The notes beneath the pieces are model-generated. The model did not search any database, was not told the origin of the DNA, and saw only the letters and a list, made by a program, of their open reading frames with translations. A DNA stretch of 64,000 bases from Candidatus Dormiibacterota bacterium (GTDB lineage: Bacteria > Chloroflexota > Dormibacteria > Aeolococcales > Aeolococcaceae): the NCBI GenBank assembly GCA_963697085.1, contig CAVOMR010000002.1:145913-209912 (forward strand), in the 5' to 3' direction. A program made the translations under genes and the position numbers. This document shows, one piece after another, positions 29,502-39,383 of this stretch. Every line of letters begins with the position of its first letter. The stretch's first letter is position 1.

Positions 29502-30920
29502 ATGGGTCCAGGAACCATTCGTCGTGCGCTGATCACGGGCACCGTGGCCGCGATCGGTGCGGCCTCTGCCCTGCCGGGCATTGCGGTGGCCACGCAGTTG
29601 GCTGGGGGACCAGTCCCGATCCCTGCGATCACGGGCAACCTCGTTGGCCATCTCAGCGGCGCCAGTGCGCCGACAACAGCTGAGTGCCTGGCCGCGTTCA
29701 ATATCCCCTGCTACACGGGCATACAGCTCGAGCACCACTACGGCCTGCCGACGCTCTATGCGCAGGGGCTCAACGGCAAGGGCCGGACGATTGCGATCGT
29801 CAACTCGTACGGCTCTCCGACAATCGTCTCCGACCTGCAGACCTTCGACGCTGCAATGCACCTGCCCAATCCGTCGCTGAGCATCATTCAGCCCGTCGGC
29901 GCCGTGCCGCCGTTCGATCCGACCAACGGCACGATGGTCGGCTGGGCGGAGGAGACCACTCTCGACGTCGAGATGTCGCACTCGATCGCGCCCGGAGCCA
30001 AGATCCTCCTGGTGGAGACTCCCGTCGCCGAGACAGAGGGTGTCACCGGCTTCCCGCAGATCGTCGCGGCTGAGAACTACGTCATCAACCACCACCTCGC
30101 CGACGTGATCTCACAGAGCTTCGGAGCCACGGAGGAGACTTTCCCGACCGCGCAGTCGCTCCTCAACCTTCGCAGTGCGTACGAGAATGCGTGGGCCCAC
30201 AACGTGACCGTGCTCGCGTCCTCGGGCGACAACGGCGTCACCAACGCCTACGCCGACGGATCGTGCTGCTACGCGAGGCCCGTCAACTCATGGCCGTCGT
30301 CCGACCCGCTGGTCACCTCGCTCGGGGGCACCCAGATCCACCCGAACTCCGCCGGTACAGGCCCCGGGCCAGTCGGGCGAGATTCCGTGTGGAATGACCT
30401 CAACAGCGCCATCGGCGGTTCTTCGACCGACCCGACGTCGTGCTGCGCCGGCGGTGGCGGCAAGTCCGAGATCTTCTCGCGACCCGCTTTCCAGAACTCG
30501 GTAGCTGACGTGGTCGGTGCGCATCGCGGCACGCCGGACGTCTCCATGAGCGCGGCCGTGGACGGTGCGGCGCTGGTGTACTTCAGCTTCGCTCCTGCCG
30601 AGACCGGCGCCCCTGGATGGTTCCTCTTCGGTGGAACCAGTGAGGCATCGCCACTCTTCTCGGGCATCGTGGCGATCGCCGACCAGACGGCCGGGCATGA
30701 CCTCGGGCTTCTGAACACCAAGCTCTACGCCATGGAGTCACAGGCGAATTCGGGCATCGTCGACGTCACGAAGGGCAACAACACGCAGATCTTCGACAAC
30801 GCCCACAACGGCGGCAAGCTCACCACGGTGCAGGGCTACAACGCCGGACCCGGCTACGATCTGGCGAGCGGTCTCGGCACGATCTGGGCTCCTCTGTTCG
30901 TCCACGCGCTGGCGAGCTGA
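29502..30920 (+). CDS. Secreted S53 (sedolisin/kumamolisin) peptidase
   Basis: Signal peptide; ETTLD (Glu/Asp), SSGDNG oxyanion Asp, GGTSEASP catalytic Ser, GYDLASGLG Ca site. Confidence 0.92.
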   Translation: MGPGTIRRALITGTVAAIGAASALPGIAVATQLAGGPVPIPAITGNLVGHLSGASAPTTAECLAAFNIPCYTGIQLEHHYGLPTLYAQGLNGKGRTIAIVNSYGSPTIVSDLQTFDAAMHLPNPSLSIIQPVGAVPPFDPTNGTMVGWAEETTLDVEMSHSIAPGAKILLVETPVAETEGVTGFPQIVAAENYVINHHLADVISQSFGATEETFPTAQSLLNLRSAYENAWAHNVTVLASSGDNGVTNAYADGSCCYARPVNSWPSSDPLVTSLGGTQIHPNSAGTGPGPVGRDSVWNDLNSAIGGSSTDPTSCCAGGGGKSEIFSRPAFQNSVADVVGAHRGTPDVSMSAAVDGAALVYFSFAPAETGAPGWFLFGGTSEASPLFSGIVAIADQTAGHDLGLLNTKLYAMESQANSGIVDVTKGNNTQIFDNAHNGGKLTTVQGYNAGPGYDLASGLGTIWAPLFVHALAS

Positions 30921-30937
30921 GGGCAACTGACACCAGG

Positions 30938-30971
30938 AGGGCCGGGTCGCAGGACCCGGCCCTTCGTGTTT
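30938..30971 (+). terminator. Intrinsic terminator-like hairpin
   Basis: AGGGCCGGGTC-gcag-GACCCGGCCCT followed by TCGTGTTT just after the S53 stop. Confidence 0.75.
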
Positions 30972-30989
30972 CAGGGACAATCACTGCGG

Positions 30990-32156
30990 ATGCCCGAGCC
31001 AGTCATCGTCGCGCTTGGCAGGTCCCCCATCGGTCGCGCGATGAAGGGATCGCTGGTCAACGTTCGCCCCGACGACCTCGCGGCGACGATCGTCCTCGAG
31101 GTGCTCGATCGGCTGCCGGAGCTCGACCGCGCCACGATCGAGGACCTCATCTGCGGCTGCGGGTTGCCCGGCGGCGAGCAGGGGTTCAACCTCGGACGCG
31201 TCATCAGCATCCTCAGCGGGCTCGACGTCCCCGGGACGACGGTCACCCGATACTGCTCGTCGTCGCTCCAGACGACGCGCATGGCCGCGCACGCGATTCG
31301 CGCGGGCGAGGGTGACGTCTTCCTGAGCGTGGGCGTCGAGTGCGTCTCGCGGTTCGCCAACGGCAGCAGCGACATGAGCCAGTGCCGCAACGAGCGTCTC
31401 GAACCGGGCAACGCCGAGGGCCTGCCGGATGTGTACATCGCGATGGGCCAGACCGCGGAGAACGTCGCCGCTCGCGAGGAGATCTCGCGTGAGGAGATGG
31501 ACCGCTTCGCGCTCCGCAGCCAGCAGCGCGCGGTCGCGGCCCAGGACAGCGGCTTCTTCGACCGCGAGATCATCCCGGTCACGCTGCCCCACGGCGGCGG
31601 GACGGTCACCAAGGACGACGGGCCGCGTCGCGAGACAACGCTCGAGAAGCTCGCCGAGCTCAAGCCGGTATTCCGCGAGAACGGCACCGTCACCGCCGGG
31701 AACGCCTGCCCGCTCAACGACGGCGCGGCGGCGGTCGTGATCATGTCGGACACCCGCGCGAAGGAGCTCGGCATCACGCCGCTCGCACGCATCGTCTCGA
31801 CCGGTCTGACCGCGCTCGAGCCCGAGTTCATGGGCCTCGGCCCCATCCAGGCGACGAAGCAGGCACTCGGCCGTGCCGGCATGACCATCGCCGACGTCGA
31901 CATTGTGGAGATCAACGAGGCCTTCGCGGCGCAGGTGATCCCGTCCGCGCGCGGCATCGGCCTCGACCCGTTCGATGATCGCCTCAACCCGCATGGTGGG
32001 GCGATCGCCCTCGGTCACCCCTTCGGGATGACCGGCGCGCGCATCCTCTGCACGCTGCTCAACGACCTCCAGACCGACGGCAAGACAATCGGTCTCGAGA
32101 CGATGTGCGTGGGCGGCGGCCAGGGGATGGCGATGATCATCGAGCGCCTCAACTAA
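30990..32156 (+). CDS. Acetyl-CoA C-acyltransferase (thiolase)
   Basis: RYCSSS, NEAFAAQ, GAIALGHPFG, TMCVGGGQG. Confidence 0.95.
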   Translation: MPEPVIVALGRSPIGRAMKGSLVNVRPDDLAATIVLEVLDRLPELDRATIEDLICGCGLPGGEQGFNLGRVISILSGLDVPGTTVTRYCSSSLQTTRMAAHAIRAGEGDVFLSVGVECVSRFANGSSDMSQCRNERLEPGNAEGLPDVYIAMGQTAENVAAREEISREEMDRFALRSQQRAVAAQDSGFFDREIIPVTLPHGGGTVTKDDGPRRETTLEKLAELKPVFRENGTVTAGNACPLNDGAAAVVIMSDTRAKELGITPLARIVSTGLTALEPEFMGLGPIQATKQALGRAGMTIADVDIVEINEAFAAQVIPSARGIGLDPFDDRLNPHGGAIALGHPFGMTGARILCTLLNDLQTDGKTIGLETMCVGGGQGMAMIIERLN

Positions 32157-32178
32157 CCGCTCGAGACTCGGCCGGGGT

Positions 32179-33444
32179 CTACACCTCTCGGCGAACCGCC
32201 CGCGAGCGCCGCCGCAGCGGCCGTCCCGGGAGCACGACCTCGACGTCCTCGGACATCCCGTTCACAGTCGCCCGGCGTCGCGGCGGGCGGCTCGCCAGGA
32301 TGATCGCGGCAAGCGTCTCGACGACGGTGTCGACCTCGCGCCGGTCGAGGATCAGCGGTGCGAGGATGCGGACGCACCCCGGACCACCGGGGAGTGCGAG
32401 GATCTCGCGCCGTTGCAGGTTGCGGAGGACCATCTGCGTGTTGAGGCTGGTTTCGACCGCAACCATCGACCCGCAGCCGCGCACCTCGCGGATCTCCCCG
32501 AGACGCAACGCCCGCAGGCGCGTCTGCAGCCGCTCCGATGCAAGGCTGGTGAGCGCGCGCAACGTCGGCCCGAGTGCGGTCCGGATCGTGGCGTTGACCG
32601 AGGCGCAGACGAGCGGCGGGCACGAGTCCTCGTGCTCGCGACGCGCGAGACGGGTGCGACGTGCGATGGACGGACCCACCGCGGTGACGCCGAAGGGCAT
32701 GCCGTTCGCGAGGGACGAGCCGAGGCACACGATGTCCGGCTCGACGCCCGGGCCGGCGGAGGCAAGCGACGGTCCCATGCGCAGCGCGGTTCGCACCTCG
32801 TCGATGACGAGAAGGGCGCCAACCCGGCGGCAGGCGTCAGCAACCGCGGTCAGGTAGCCGAACGCGGGCACGCGGATACCGGCCTCGACCTGCACCGGTT
32901 CCACCATCACCGCGGCGACACCGTCGTCCAGGCTTGCCTCGAGCGCGGCGACGTCGTCGTACGGAACTCGGACCACCTCGAGGCTTCGCCCCGCGACAGC
33001 GCTGATCCGGTCGCCGGCGCTCGCGGCACGTCCACCGATGCCGGTCCCGTGATCCGAGCGGTCCATCGCGATGAGGCGCGGCCGATCCGACGCCGTCGCG
33101 ACCCAGGAGATCGCAAGGTCGACCGCCTCCGACCCGGAGGCGGTGAAGCTCACGTGGGTGAGCGGCACCGGGATGATGAAGCTGAGCGCCTCGAGGAGCT
33201 CCTCGCGAAGGTCGTAGTCGAACCCGGGTGGCACCGCGCCGAACGCCGAGAGTTGCGCGCTGATCGCGTCGTTCACCCGGGGATCGTTGTGACCGAGCAG
33301 CGTCGTGCCGCCGTTCGAGGTCAGATCCAGATAGCGGCGTTCCTCGTCGTCCCAGACATAAGCGCCTGCGCCGCGCGTGAGGCGAAGGTCACGCGAGGTG
33401 CGGCTCAACTCATTGAGCCATCTGTCAGGGAGAACCGCGGTCAC
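32179..33444 (-). CDS. Class III aminotransferase homolog (ArgD/LysJ-like) lacking the catalytic Lys
   Basis: GAYVWD..RYLD, LGHN, SGSEA, EPVQxEAG, DEVRT; DIVCLGSSLANG where K is expected. Confidence 0.8.
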   Translation of the reverse strand: MTAVLPDRWLNELSRTSRDLRLTRGAGAYVWDDEERRYLDLTSNGGTTLLGHNDPRVNDAISAQLSAFGAVPPGFDYDLREELLEALSFIIPVPLTHVSFTASGSEAVDLAISWVATASDRPRLIAMDRSDHGTGIGGRAASAGDRISAVAGRSLEVVRVPYDDVAALEASLDDGVAAVMVEPVQVEAGIRVPAFGYLTAVADACRRVGALLVIDEVRTALRMGPSLASAGPGVEPDIVCLGSSLANGMPFGVTAVGPSIARRTRLARREHEDSCPPLVCASVNATIRTALGPTLRALTSLASERLQTRLRALRLGEIREVRGCGSMVAVETSLNTQMVLRNLQRREILALPGGPGCVRILAPLILDRREVDTVVETLAAIILASRPPRRRATVNGMSEDVEVVLPGRPLRRRSRAVRREV

Positions 33445-33618
33445 CGTGCCTCCTCAGCCTCCGCCACCGCTATGTCGCTTAGCGTACCGCCAAATCGTTC
33501 CAAATGCCCATCCGCTTTACGCGCGTCAGCCCGGGCTTTACACGCATCCCTCCGTCGCAGTACTCTCCGTTTGACACGCCAGCATCGTGCGACGCGTTCG
33601 GGGTGTCGAGGGGAACTC

Positions 33619-33672
33619 AGCACACATCAGGGGGGTCGGCGTTCGGGGGAGCGTCGACCCCATCTTTGTGCT
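33619..33672. terminator. Strong hairpin downstream of the sulfurtransferase gene
   Basis: GGGGTCGGCGTTC-gggg-GAGCGTCGACCCC with outer AGCACA/TGTGCT pairing. Confidence 0.5.
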
Positions 33673-33711
33673 CGGGGACTGCCGGTACTTGGAGTCCTTC
33701 GAGCGCCTGTC

Positions 33712-34542
33712 TCAGCCGCCGGTCTCGATCTGGCGTGTCGGATCGGTGACCCACTCGCTCCACGACCCGGCATACAGGTCCGCGTCGATGCCCGCCAGCG
33801 CCATGGCGAACACCTCCTCGGTCGCCACAACACCGGACCCGCAGTAGACGGCCACGGGTTCGCCGGGTCGCACGCCGACCGCAGCGAACCGCTCGCGCAG
33901 CGTTTCGGGCGGGAGAAATGTGCTGTCCTCGGCGAGGGTTCGCTGCGCGGGGAGGTTTCGCGCTCCCGGGATGTGACCGGCGATGGGATCGATCGGTTCG
34001 ACCTCTCCCCGATACCGTTCCGGCACCCGCGCGTCGACGAGCACGCCACGCGTCGCCATGTCCGCGGCGCCGCGCGCGTCGAGCAGCGGCATCGCGCCTG
34101 CGCGGGCGGTGAAGTCGCCGGGGACGGGATCGTTCTCCTCCCCTGTCGCCACCGGAAGGCCGGCGGCCAGCCATGCCGCGTAGCCGCCGTCGAGCAGTGA
34201 CACCGCCTCGTAGCCGAAGTACCGGAGCAGCCACCAGGCGCGCGCCGCCGCGGTGCCGGTCGCGGCGTCGTAGACCACGACCGGTCGCCCGTCGCCGACC
34301 CCGTGCCGTCGCATCGCCGCCTCGAAGGCCGCGGCTTCCGGCAGCGGATGACGTCCCGGGCCGGGTGGAGCGCTCAACTCCGTTTCGAGATCCACGAACT
34401 GCGCCCCGGGGATATGACCACGAAGGTAATCGCCCCGGCCCGGGGGCCCGCCGAGCGTCCACCGGACATCGAGCACGAGCGGCGGTTCGGGTGTCGCAAG
34501 TCTGGTCGCAAGATCGTTGCAATCGAGCAAGAGCGATACCAT
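33712..34542 (-). CDS. sseA: Two-domain rhodanese / 3-mercaptopyruvate sulfurtransferase
   Basis: GHIPGA twice, GRHPLP, YCGSGV active site, LYAGSWSEW. Confidence 0.88.
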   Translation of the reverse strand: MVSLLLDCNDLATRLATPEPPLVLDVRWTLGGPPGRGDYLRGHIPGAQFVDLETELSAPPGPGRHPLPEAAAFEAAMRRHGVGDGRPVVVYDAATGTAAARAWWLLRYFGYEAVSLLDGGYAAWLAAGLPVATGEENDPVPGDFTARAGAMPLLDARGAADMATRGVLVDARVPERYRGEVEPIDPIAGHIPGARNLPAQRTLAEDSTFLPPETLRERFAAVGVRPGEPVAVYCGSGVVATEEVFAMALAGIDADLYAGSWSEWVTDPTRQIETGG

Positions 34543-34661
34543 TGGGCGAGCATCCCCCAGTGAAGTGGAACGGCGAAACCCGATCGGTGGTGCCGGCGTT
34601 ACCAGTCTGAACTCAGGCGTCGAACACGCCCTGAGACCGAACAATGGTACGGTGGAATTGA

Positions 34662-35942
34662 ATGGCTGACCTGACCAGGCGGGGCCGTGGTGGCCTGTTC
34701 GTCGGAGGCATCGCCTTCGGTGGATTGCTGCTCACCTCCTGCGCCCTTCCCGGCACTCAGGCGCCGGTCGCCGCTGTCGGTGTCCACGTCGCCGGTGCGC
34801 CGGCGGTCGCCGCCCCGCCCACAATCACCGTCAGCCCCGCGAACGCGAGCTCTGGTGTCGGGCTCGACGCGCCGATCGTCGTGACTGCAAGCACCGGGCA
34901 TCTCGACACGGTGTCGCTCTCCGAAGCGGGCTCGTCCGCGACGCTCGCCGGCGTGCTCTCTCCCGACGGTCAGAGCTGGCGGATGAGCCAGCCCCTCGAC
35001 CAGGGCGCGCACTACACGGTGGTCGCGACGGCGACGAGCACCGCGGGATCGACGTCCACCAGCACCTCGACGTTCAGCACGCTCACCGCCAAGAGTCGCC
35101 TGCTCACCGGCATGACCCCGCTCGACGGCGAGACGGTCGGTATCGGCGAGACGATCGATCTCAGGTTCAACACACCGATTCCCCCTGCGGAGCGGGCGGC
35201 AATCCTCGAGCGCATTCAGGTGACGTCGACGCCGCCGGTGCTCGGTGGATGGCATTGGCTCAGTTCACAGATCGTTCACTTCCGCACGGCGACGTTCTGG
35301 CCGGCCGGCGCCAAGGTCACGGTGACCGCCAATCTCAAGGGCTTCGACGCCGGAAATGGCATCTGGGGGCTCGCCGACTGGTCCTCCTCGTTCAACATCG
35401 GCGCGAGCCACATCTCGATCATCAACAACAAGACACACGAGATGCAGGTCTACAACAGCGGCAAGCTGATGGCGACCTGGCCGGTCAGCCTCGGCAAGGG
35501 CGGCTTCGCGACGATCCAGGGCACGCTGATCGTCCTCTACAAGACGCCGGTCGTCGTCATGAAGTCCTGCCCGACGTTCCACACACCGGCCGCGTGCATC
35601 CCGGGCGGTGCCCAGTATTACGACGACCCGGTGTACGAGGACACCGCGATCTCGACAAGCGGCTACTTCATCCACGCCGCGCCGTGGTCGGTCGGCTCGC
35701 AGGGCCGCGCCGACGTGTCGCACGGCTGCGTCAACCTCAGCAACTCGCGCGCGACCACCTTCTACAATTTCAGCATCCCGGGTGACGTCGTGCAGATCGA
35801 GAACACCGGGTACAACGCCGGATACTCCGACGGTGAGGGCGACTGGCAGATCCCGTTCGCGCAGTTCTCGAACACCGACGGGCTCGGCGCTGTCTGGACG
35901 GGCCCCATGGCGGCGTCGTCGCTCCCGGGCCAGATCTCTTAA
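34662..35942 (+). CDS. Lipoprotein L,D-transpeptidase with Ig-like domains
   Basis: LTSC lipobox, Ig-like repeats, FIHAAPWS...SHGCVN. Confidence 0.92.
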   Translation: MADLTRRGRGGLFVGGIAFGGLLLTSCALPGTQAPVAAVGVHVAGAPAVAAPPTITVSPANASSGVGLDAPIVVTASTGHLDTVSLSEAGSSATLAGVLSPDGQSWRMSQPLDQGAHYTVVATATSTAGSTSTSTSTFSTLTAKSRLLTGMTPLDGETVGIGETIDLRFNTPIPPAERAAILERIQVTSTPPVLGGWHWLSSQIVHFRTATFWPAGAKVTVTANLKGFDAGNGIWGLADWSSSFNIGASHISIINNKTHEMQVYNSGKLMATWPVSLGKGGFATIQGTLIVLYKTPVVVMKSCPTFHTPAACIPGGAQYYDDPVYEDTAISTSGYFIHAAPWSVGSQGRADVSHGCVNLSNSRATTFYNFSIPGDVVQIENTGYNAGYSDGEGDWQIPFAQFSNTDGLGAVWTGPMAASSLPGQIS

Positions 35943-35974
35943 CCGCAGATCGCACTGACCACCGCGGCGGACTG

Positions 35975-36964
35975 ATGCGCGCTGTCATCGTCACCGAGCC
36001 GGGTGGCCCCGAGAACCTTCGGGTCGAGGAACAACCCGATCCCCGCGCCGGAGACACCGAGGTCGTTATCCGCGTTGCGGCTGCGGGTGTCAACCGTGCC
36101 GACCTGATCCAGCGCATGGGTCACTATCCGCCTCCTCCCGGCGCGAGTGACATCCTCGGTCTCGAGGCGTCCGGTGTCATTGAGGGCGTCGGCCGCGAGG
36201 TCTCGGGACTTGCCGAGGGCGACCGCGTCATGGCGCTGCTCGAGGGAGGCGGCTACGCGGAGCTTGTCGCGGTTCGTGCGCGCCAGGCAGTCCGCGTTCC
36301 AGACAACATTGACTTGATCGATGCGGGTGGCATCCCCGAGGTGTTCATCACCGCGCACGACGCGCTCTTCGCTCGGGCGCGGCTGCAGCACGGGGAGACC
36401 ATCCTCATCCACGGTGGCGGCGGCGGTGTCGGCACCGCCGCGGTGCAGCTGGCGCGCCGGCACGGGTGCCGCGTGCTCGTGACGGCGGGCAGCGACGCGA
36501 AGCTCGCGCGCTGCGTCGAGCTCGGCGCCGATGCGGGGATCAACTATCACGCCGAGGATTTCGTGGCGCGCACGCGCGAGCTGACCGACGGACGCGGTGC
36601 CGACGTGGTGATCGACATCATGGGCGCGTCGTATCTCGGCCGGAACCTCGATACCGTTGCGACCGACGGACGCATCGTCGTCCTCGGCATGATGGGCGGC
36701 ACCCATGCCGATATCGACCTCGGCGTGATGATGCGGCGTCGTGTCTCCCTGATCTCGACAGCACTGCGCGCACGCCCCGCTGATCAGAAGGCGGCCATCG
36801 TGGCCGCATTCGCCGCGGACGTCGTCCCCGCCCTGGTCGCGGGCACACTGCGACCGGTGATCGATCGAGTCCTCACGTTCGACAAGGCCGGTGATGCCCA
36901 TCGCCAGATGGAGGCCGGCGAACCGGTCGGCAAGATCGTCCTCGTCCCGACCGCGCGTGCCTGA
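35975..36964 (+). CDS. NAD(P)H-quinone oxidoreductase (PIG3 family)
   Basis: GVNRAD..QR.G.YPPPPGASDILGLE, IHGGGGGVG. Confidence 0.92.
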   Translation: MRAVIVTEPGGPENLRVEEQPDPRAGDTEVVIRVAAAGVNRADLIQRMGHYPPPPGASDILGLEASGVIEGVGREVSGLAEGDRVMALLEGGGYAELVAVRARQAVRVPDNIDLIDAGGIPEVFITAHDALFARARLQHGETILIHGGGGGVGTAAVQLARRHGCRVLVTAGSDAKLARCVELGADAGINYHAEDFVARTRELTDGRGADVVIDIMGASYLGRNLDTVATDGRIVVLGMMGGTHADIDLGVMMRRRVSLISTALRARPADQKAAIVAAFAADVVPALVAGTLRPVIDRVLTFDKAGDAHRQMEAGEPVGKIVLVPTARA

Positions 36965-37832
36965 CACCGACGTCTGGGCCGCCTGGCTCCGCACCGGGCG
37001 CGACGGGGGCAGCGAGCGCATGCGCGCCGAGAACCTGCGACGGCTCGCGAGCGTTCGCGATCGCATCCTCGATCGCGCCGAGATCCTGCCAGGCGACACC
37101 GTCCTCGATGTCGGCACCGGCCAGGGCCTGCTCGGCCTCGCGGCGCTCGACCGGACGGGCGATGCCGGTCATGTGATCTTCTCGGACGTCTCGGAACCGT
37201 CGCTCGATGACTGTCGTACCGACGTGGAACAGCGCGCCGCGCTCGACCGGGCGAGCTTCGTCCACGCGTCGGCGACCGATCTCTCGGCGATCCCGACCGC
37301 ATCGGTCGACGTACTCGTCGAGCGAGCGGTGCTGCTCTTCGTCGAAGATCGCGACCGTGCCTTCGACGAGTATCGCCGCGTGCTGCGTCCCGGCGGGCGC
37401 CTGTCGCTCGGTGAGCCGTTGAACATCTGGATGAGCGCAGACCGGCCCGGCTACCTGTGGGGATATGACGTGACCGAGGTGGTCGACCTCGAGCGAAAGC
37501 TCCACGAGGCGGAGCGCGCCGGCGGGGCGGCGGCTGATGATCTGCTCTGCGGGTTCGACGATCGCGACCTCATCGCCATGGCGCACGAAGCGGGGTTTCG
37601 CCGGATCGATGCCCAGACCGATCTGTCCCTCGCGCCACCACCGGCTCGCGACGATCTCGACGTCTTTCTCGACACGGCACCGAATCCGCTGGCGGCGACG
37701 ACCCGCGCGTTGATCGCCGCGGCGTTGACCCCGGCCGAGGCGGAGCGCTTCACCGCCGTGCTCGGGGAGTTGGTGCGGCAGGGGCGTGGCGAACGCCGCC
37801 AGGCGATGACCCTGCTGCGAGCCTGGGTGTGA
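36957..37832 (+). CDS. Class I SAM-dependent methyltransferase
   Basis: VLDVGTGQG, RVLRPGG. Confidence 0.85.
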   Translation: MPDTDVWAAWLRTGRDGGSERMRAENLRRLASVRDRILDRAEILPGDTVLDVGTGQGLLGLAALDRTGDAGHVIFSDVSEPSLDDCRTDVEQRAALDRASFVHASATDLSAIPTASVDVLVERAVLLFVEDRDRAFDEYRRVLRPGGRLSLGEPLNIWMSADRPGYLWGYDVTEVVDLERKLHEAERAGGAAADDLLCGFDDRDLIAMAHEAGFRRIDAQTDLSLAPPPARDDLDVFLDTAPNPLAATTRALIAAALTPAEAERFTAVLGELVRQGRGERRQAMTLLRAWV

Positions 37833-39376
37833 CGAGCGTCCTCGCGACAACGATGTGGGACACCGTGGTGGTGGGCGCCGGGCACAACGGCCTCACGGCC
37901 GCCGCGTACCTCGCTCGCGCCGGACGCACGGTGCTGGTGCTCGAGGCGCGTGATCGCATCGGCGGCGCCTGCACGCTCGAGCGACCCTTCGACGACGAGG
38001 GCTTCGTGGTCAGCCCGTGCGCCTATCTCGTCGGCCTCCTCCACCCGCGGGTCATCGACGAGCTGGACCTGCGCCGGCACGGCTATCGCGTGCACCTCGT
38101 CGATCCGCACCTCTGGTGCCCCTTTGACGACGGAACGTCGCTGAGCCTCTGGGACGACTCGGAGCGCAACCATCGAGTGGTCGCGGCGATGAGCCCCGGC
38201 GACGCAGACGGATACACGCGCTACGAGCAGCTTTTCGCGCGCATCCGCACCGCGCTTCGCGCCGAGCCGCACGACACGTGGGTCGGCGATGCGCCGTCGC
38301 GCCCTGCCCTCGAGGAGCTGCTCGGCAACGATCCCGAGCTGATCGAGATCGTGTTCGAGGAGTCGATCGCGTCGGTGATCGAGCGGCACGTCACTGACGA
38401 GCGGTTGCGCACCGCGCTCCACGGCCAGGGTCTCATCGGCACGTGGGCGGGACCGCGCGACGCGGGAACCGCGGCCATCCACGCGATGCACTCCATGGGA
38501 ACCGTCGAGGGGCGGCCCGGTGCGTGGGGCTACGTGCAGGGCGGGATGGGGAGCGTCTCGTTCGCACTGGCGAAGGCCGCCGAGGAGGCGGGCGCGGTCA
38601 TCACACGCAACGCCCGCGTGGCCGAGATCGTCCCCGGGGAGTCGGTGCTGCTCGAGGACGGATCGCGAATTGCCGCGCGCACGATCGTCTCGAATGCGGA
38701 CCCCCGGAGCACGCTCGCGCTGTGCGCTGACTCCGCGCCGTCAGCCTTCGTGCAGAAGGTCGACGGATGGCGGATGCAGGGACCGGTGCTGAAGATCAAC
38801 TGCGGCCTCTCACGTCTCCCCACGTTCACCGCCGCGGGTCCTGGCGACGAGCCCCATCGCGGCATGGTCACCATCGCGCGCAGTCTTGACGAGACCCAGG
38901 CGGCGTACGAGCGCAGCCGTCTCGGCGAGCCGGCGCCGCGGTGGGCCGAGCTGTACTTCCACAGTGCCTACGACCCGTCGGTGGCGCCCGAGGGCAAGCA
39001 TGTGATGAGCGTCTTCGCGGAGTACGCGCCGTACACGCTTGCCACCGGCACGTGGGACGAGCGACGTGAGGCAGCTGCCGACATGGCGTTCGCGGAGATC
39101 GCCCGCTTCGCGCCCGACATCCTCGACTGTGTCGAGGCGCGTCAGGTGCTCGCACCGCCGGACATCGAACGCGCGGTCGGGCTCTCGGGCGGCCACATCT
39201 TCCAGGGCGAGTGCCTCCCCGACCAGATGTGGGACCGCCGGTTCTCGCCGCGGACGCCGATGCCAGGGCTCTACATGTGCGGCGCAAGCACGCACCCCGG
39301 CGGGAGCGTCATGGCCATCAACGGACGCAACTGCGCGATGGCGCTTCTCGCGGATTCGGGATCACCGCTGGGGTGA
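37829..39376 (+). CDS. Phytoene-desaturase-family FAD oxidoreductase
   Basis: VVGAGHNGL, GGMGSVS, GGHIFQG, GASTHPGGSV. Confidence 0.88.
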   Translation: MTSVLATTMWDTVVVGAGHNGLTAAAYLARAGRTVLVLEARDRIGGACTLERPFDDEGFVVSPCAYLVGLLHPRVIDELDLRRHGYRVHLVDPHLWCPFDDGTSLSLWDDSERNHRVVAAMSPGDADGYTRYEQLFARIRTALRAEPHDTWVGDAPSRPALEELLGNDPELIEIVFEESIASVIERHVTDERLRTALHGQGLIGTWAGPRDAGTAAIHAMHSMGTVEGRPGAWGYVQGGMGSVSFALAKAAEEAGAVITRNARVAEIVPGESVLLEDGSRIAARTIVSNADPRSTLALCADSAPSAFVQKVDGWRMQGPVLKINCGLSRLPTFTAAGPGDEPHRGMVTIARSLDETQAAYERSRLGEPAPRWAELYFHSAYDPSVAPEGKHVMSVFAEYAPYTLATGTWDERREAAADMAFAEIARFAPDILDCVEARQVLAPPDIERAVGLSGGHIFQGECLPDQMWDRRFSPRTPMPGLYMCGASTHPGGSVMAINGRNCAMALLADSGSPLG

Positions 39377-39383
39377 CCCACCA

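Noticed and set aside
33441-33623. 60-aa ORF and a 22-aa ORF (MRVKPGLTRVKRMGIWNDLAVR) upstream of the aminotransferase
   Set aside because: No properly spaced SD, no recognisable motif, and they overlap probable promoter repeats.
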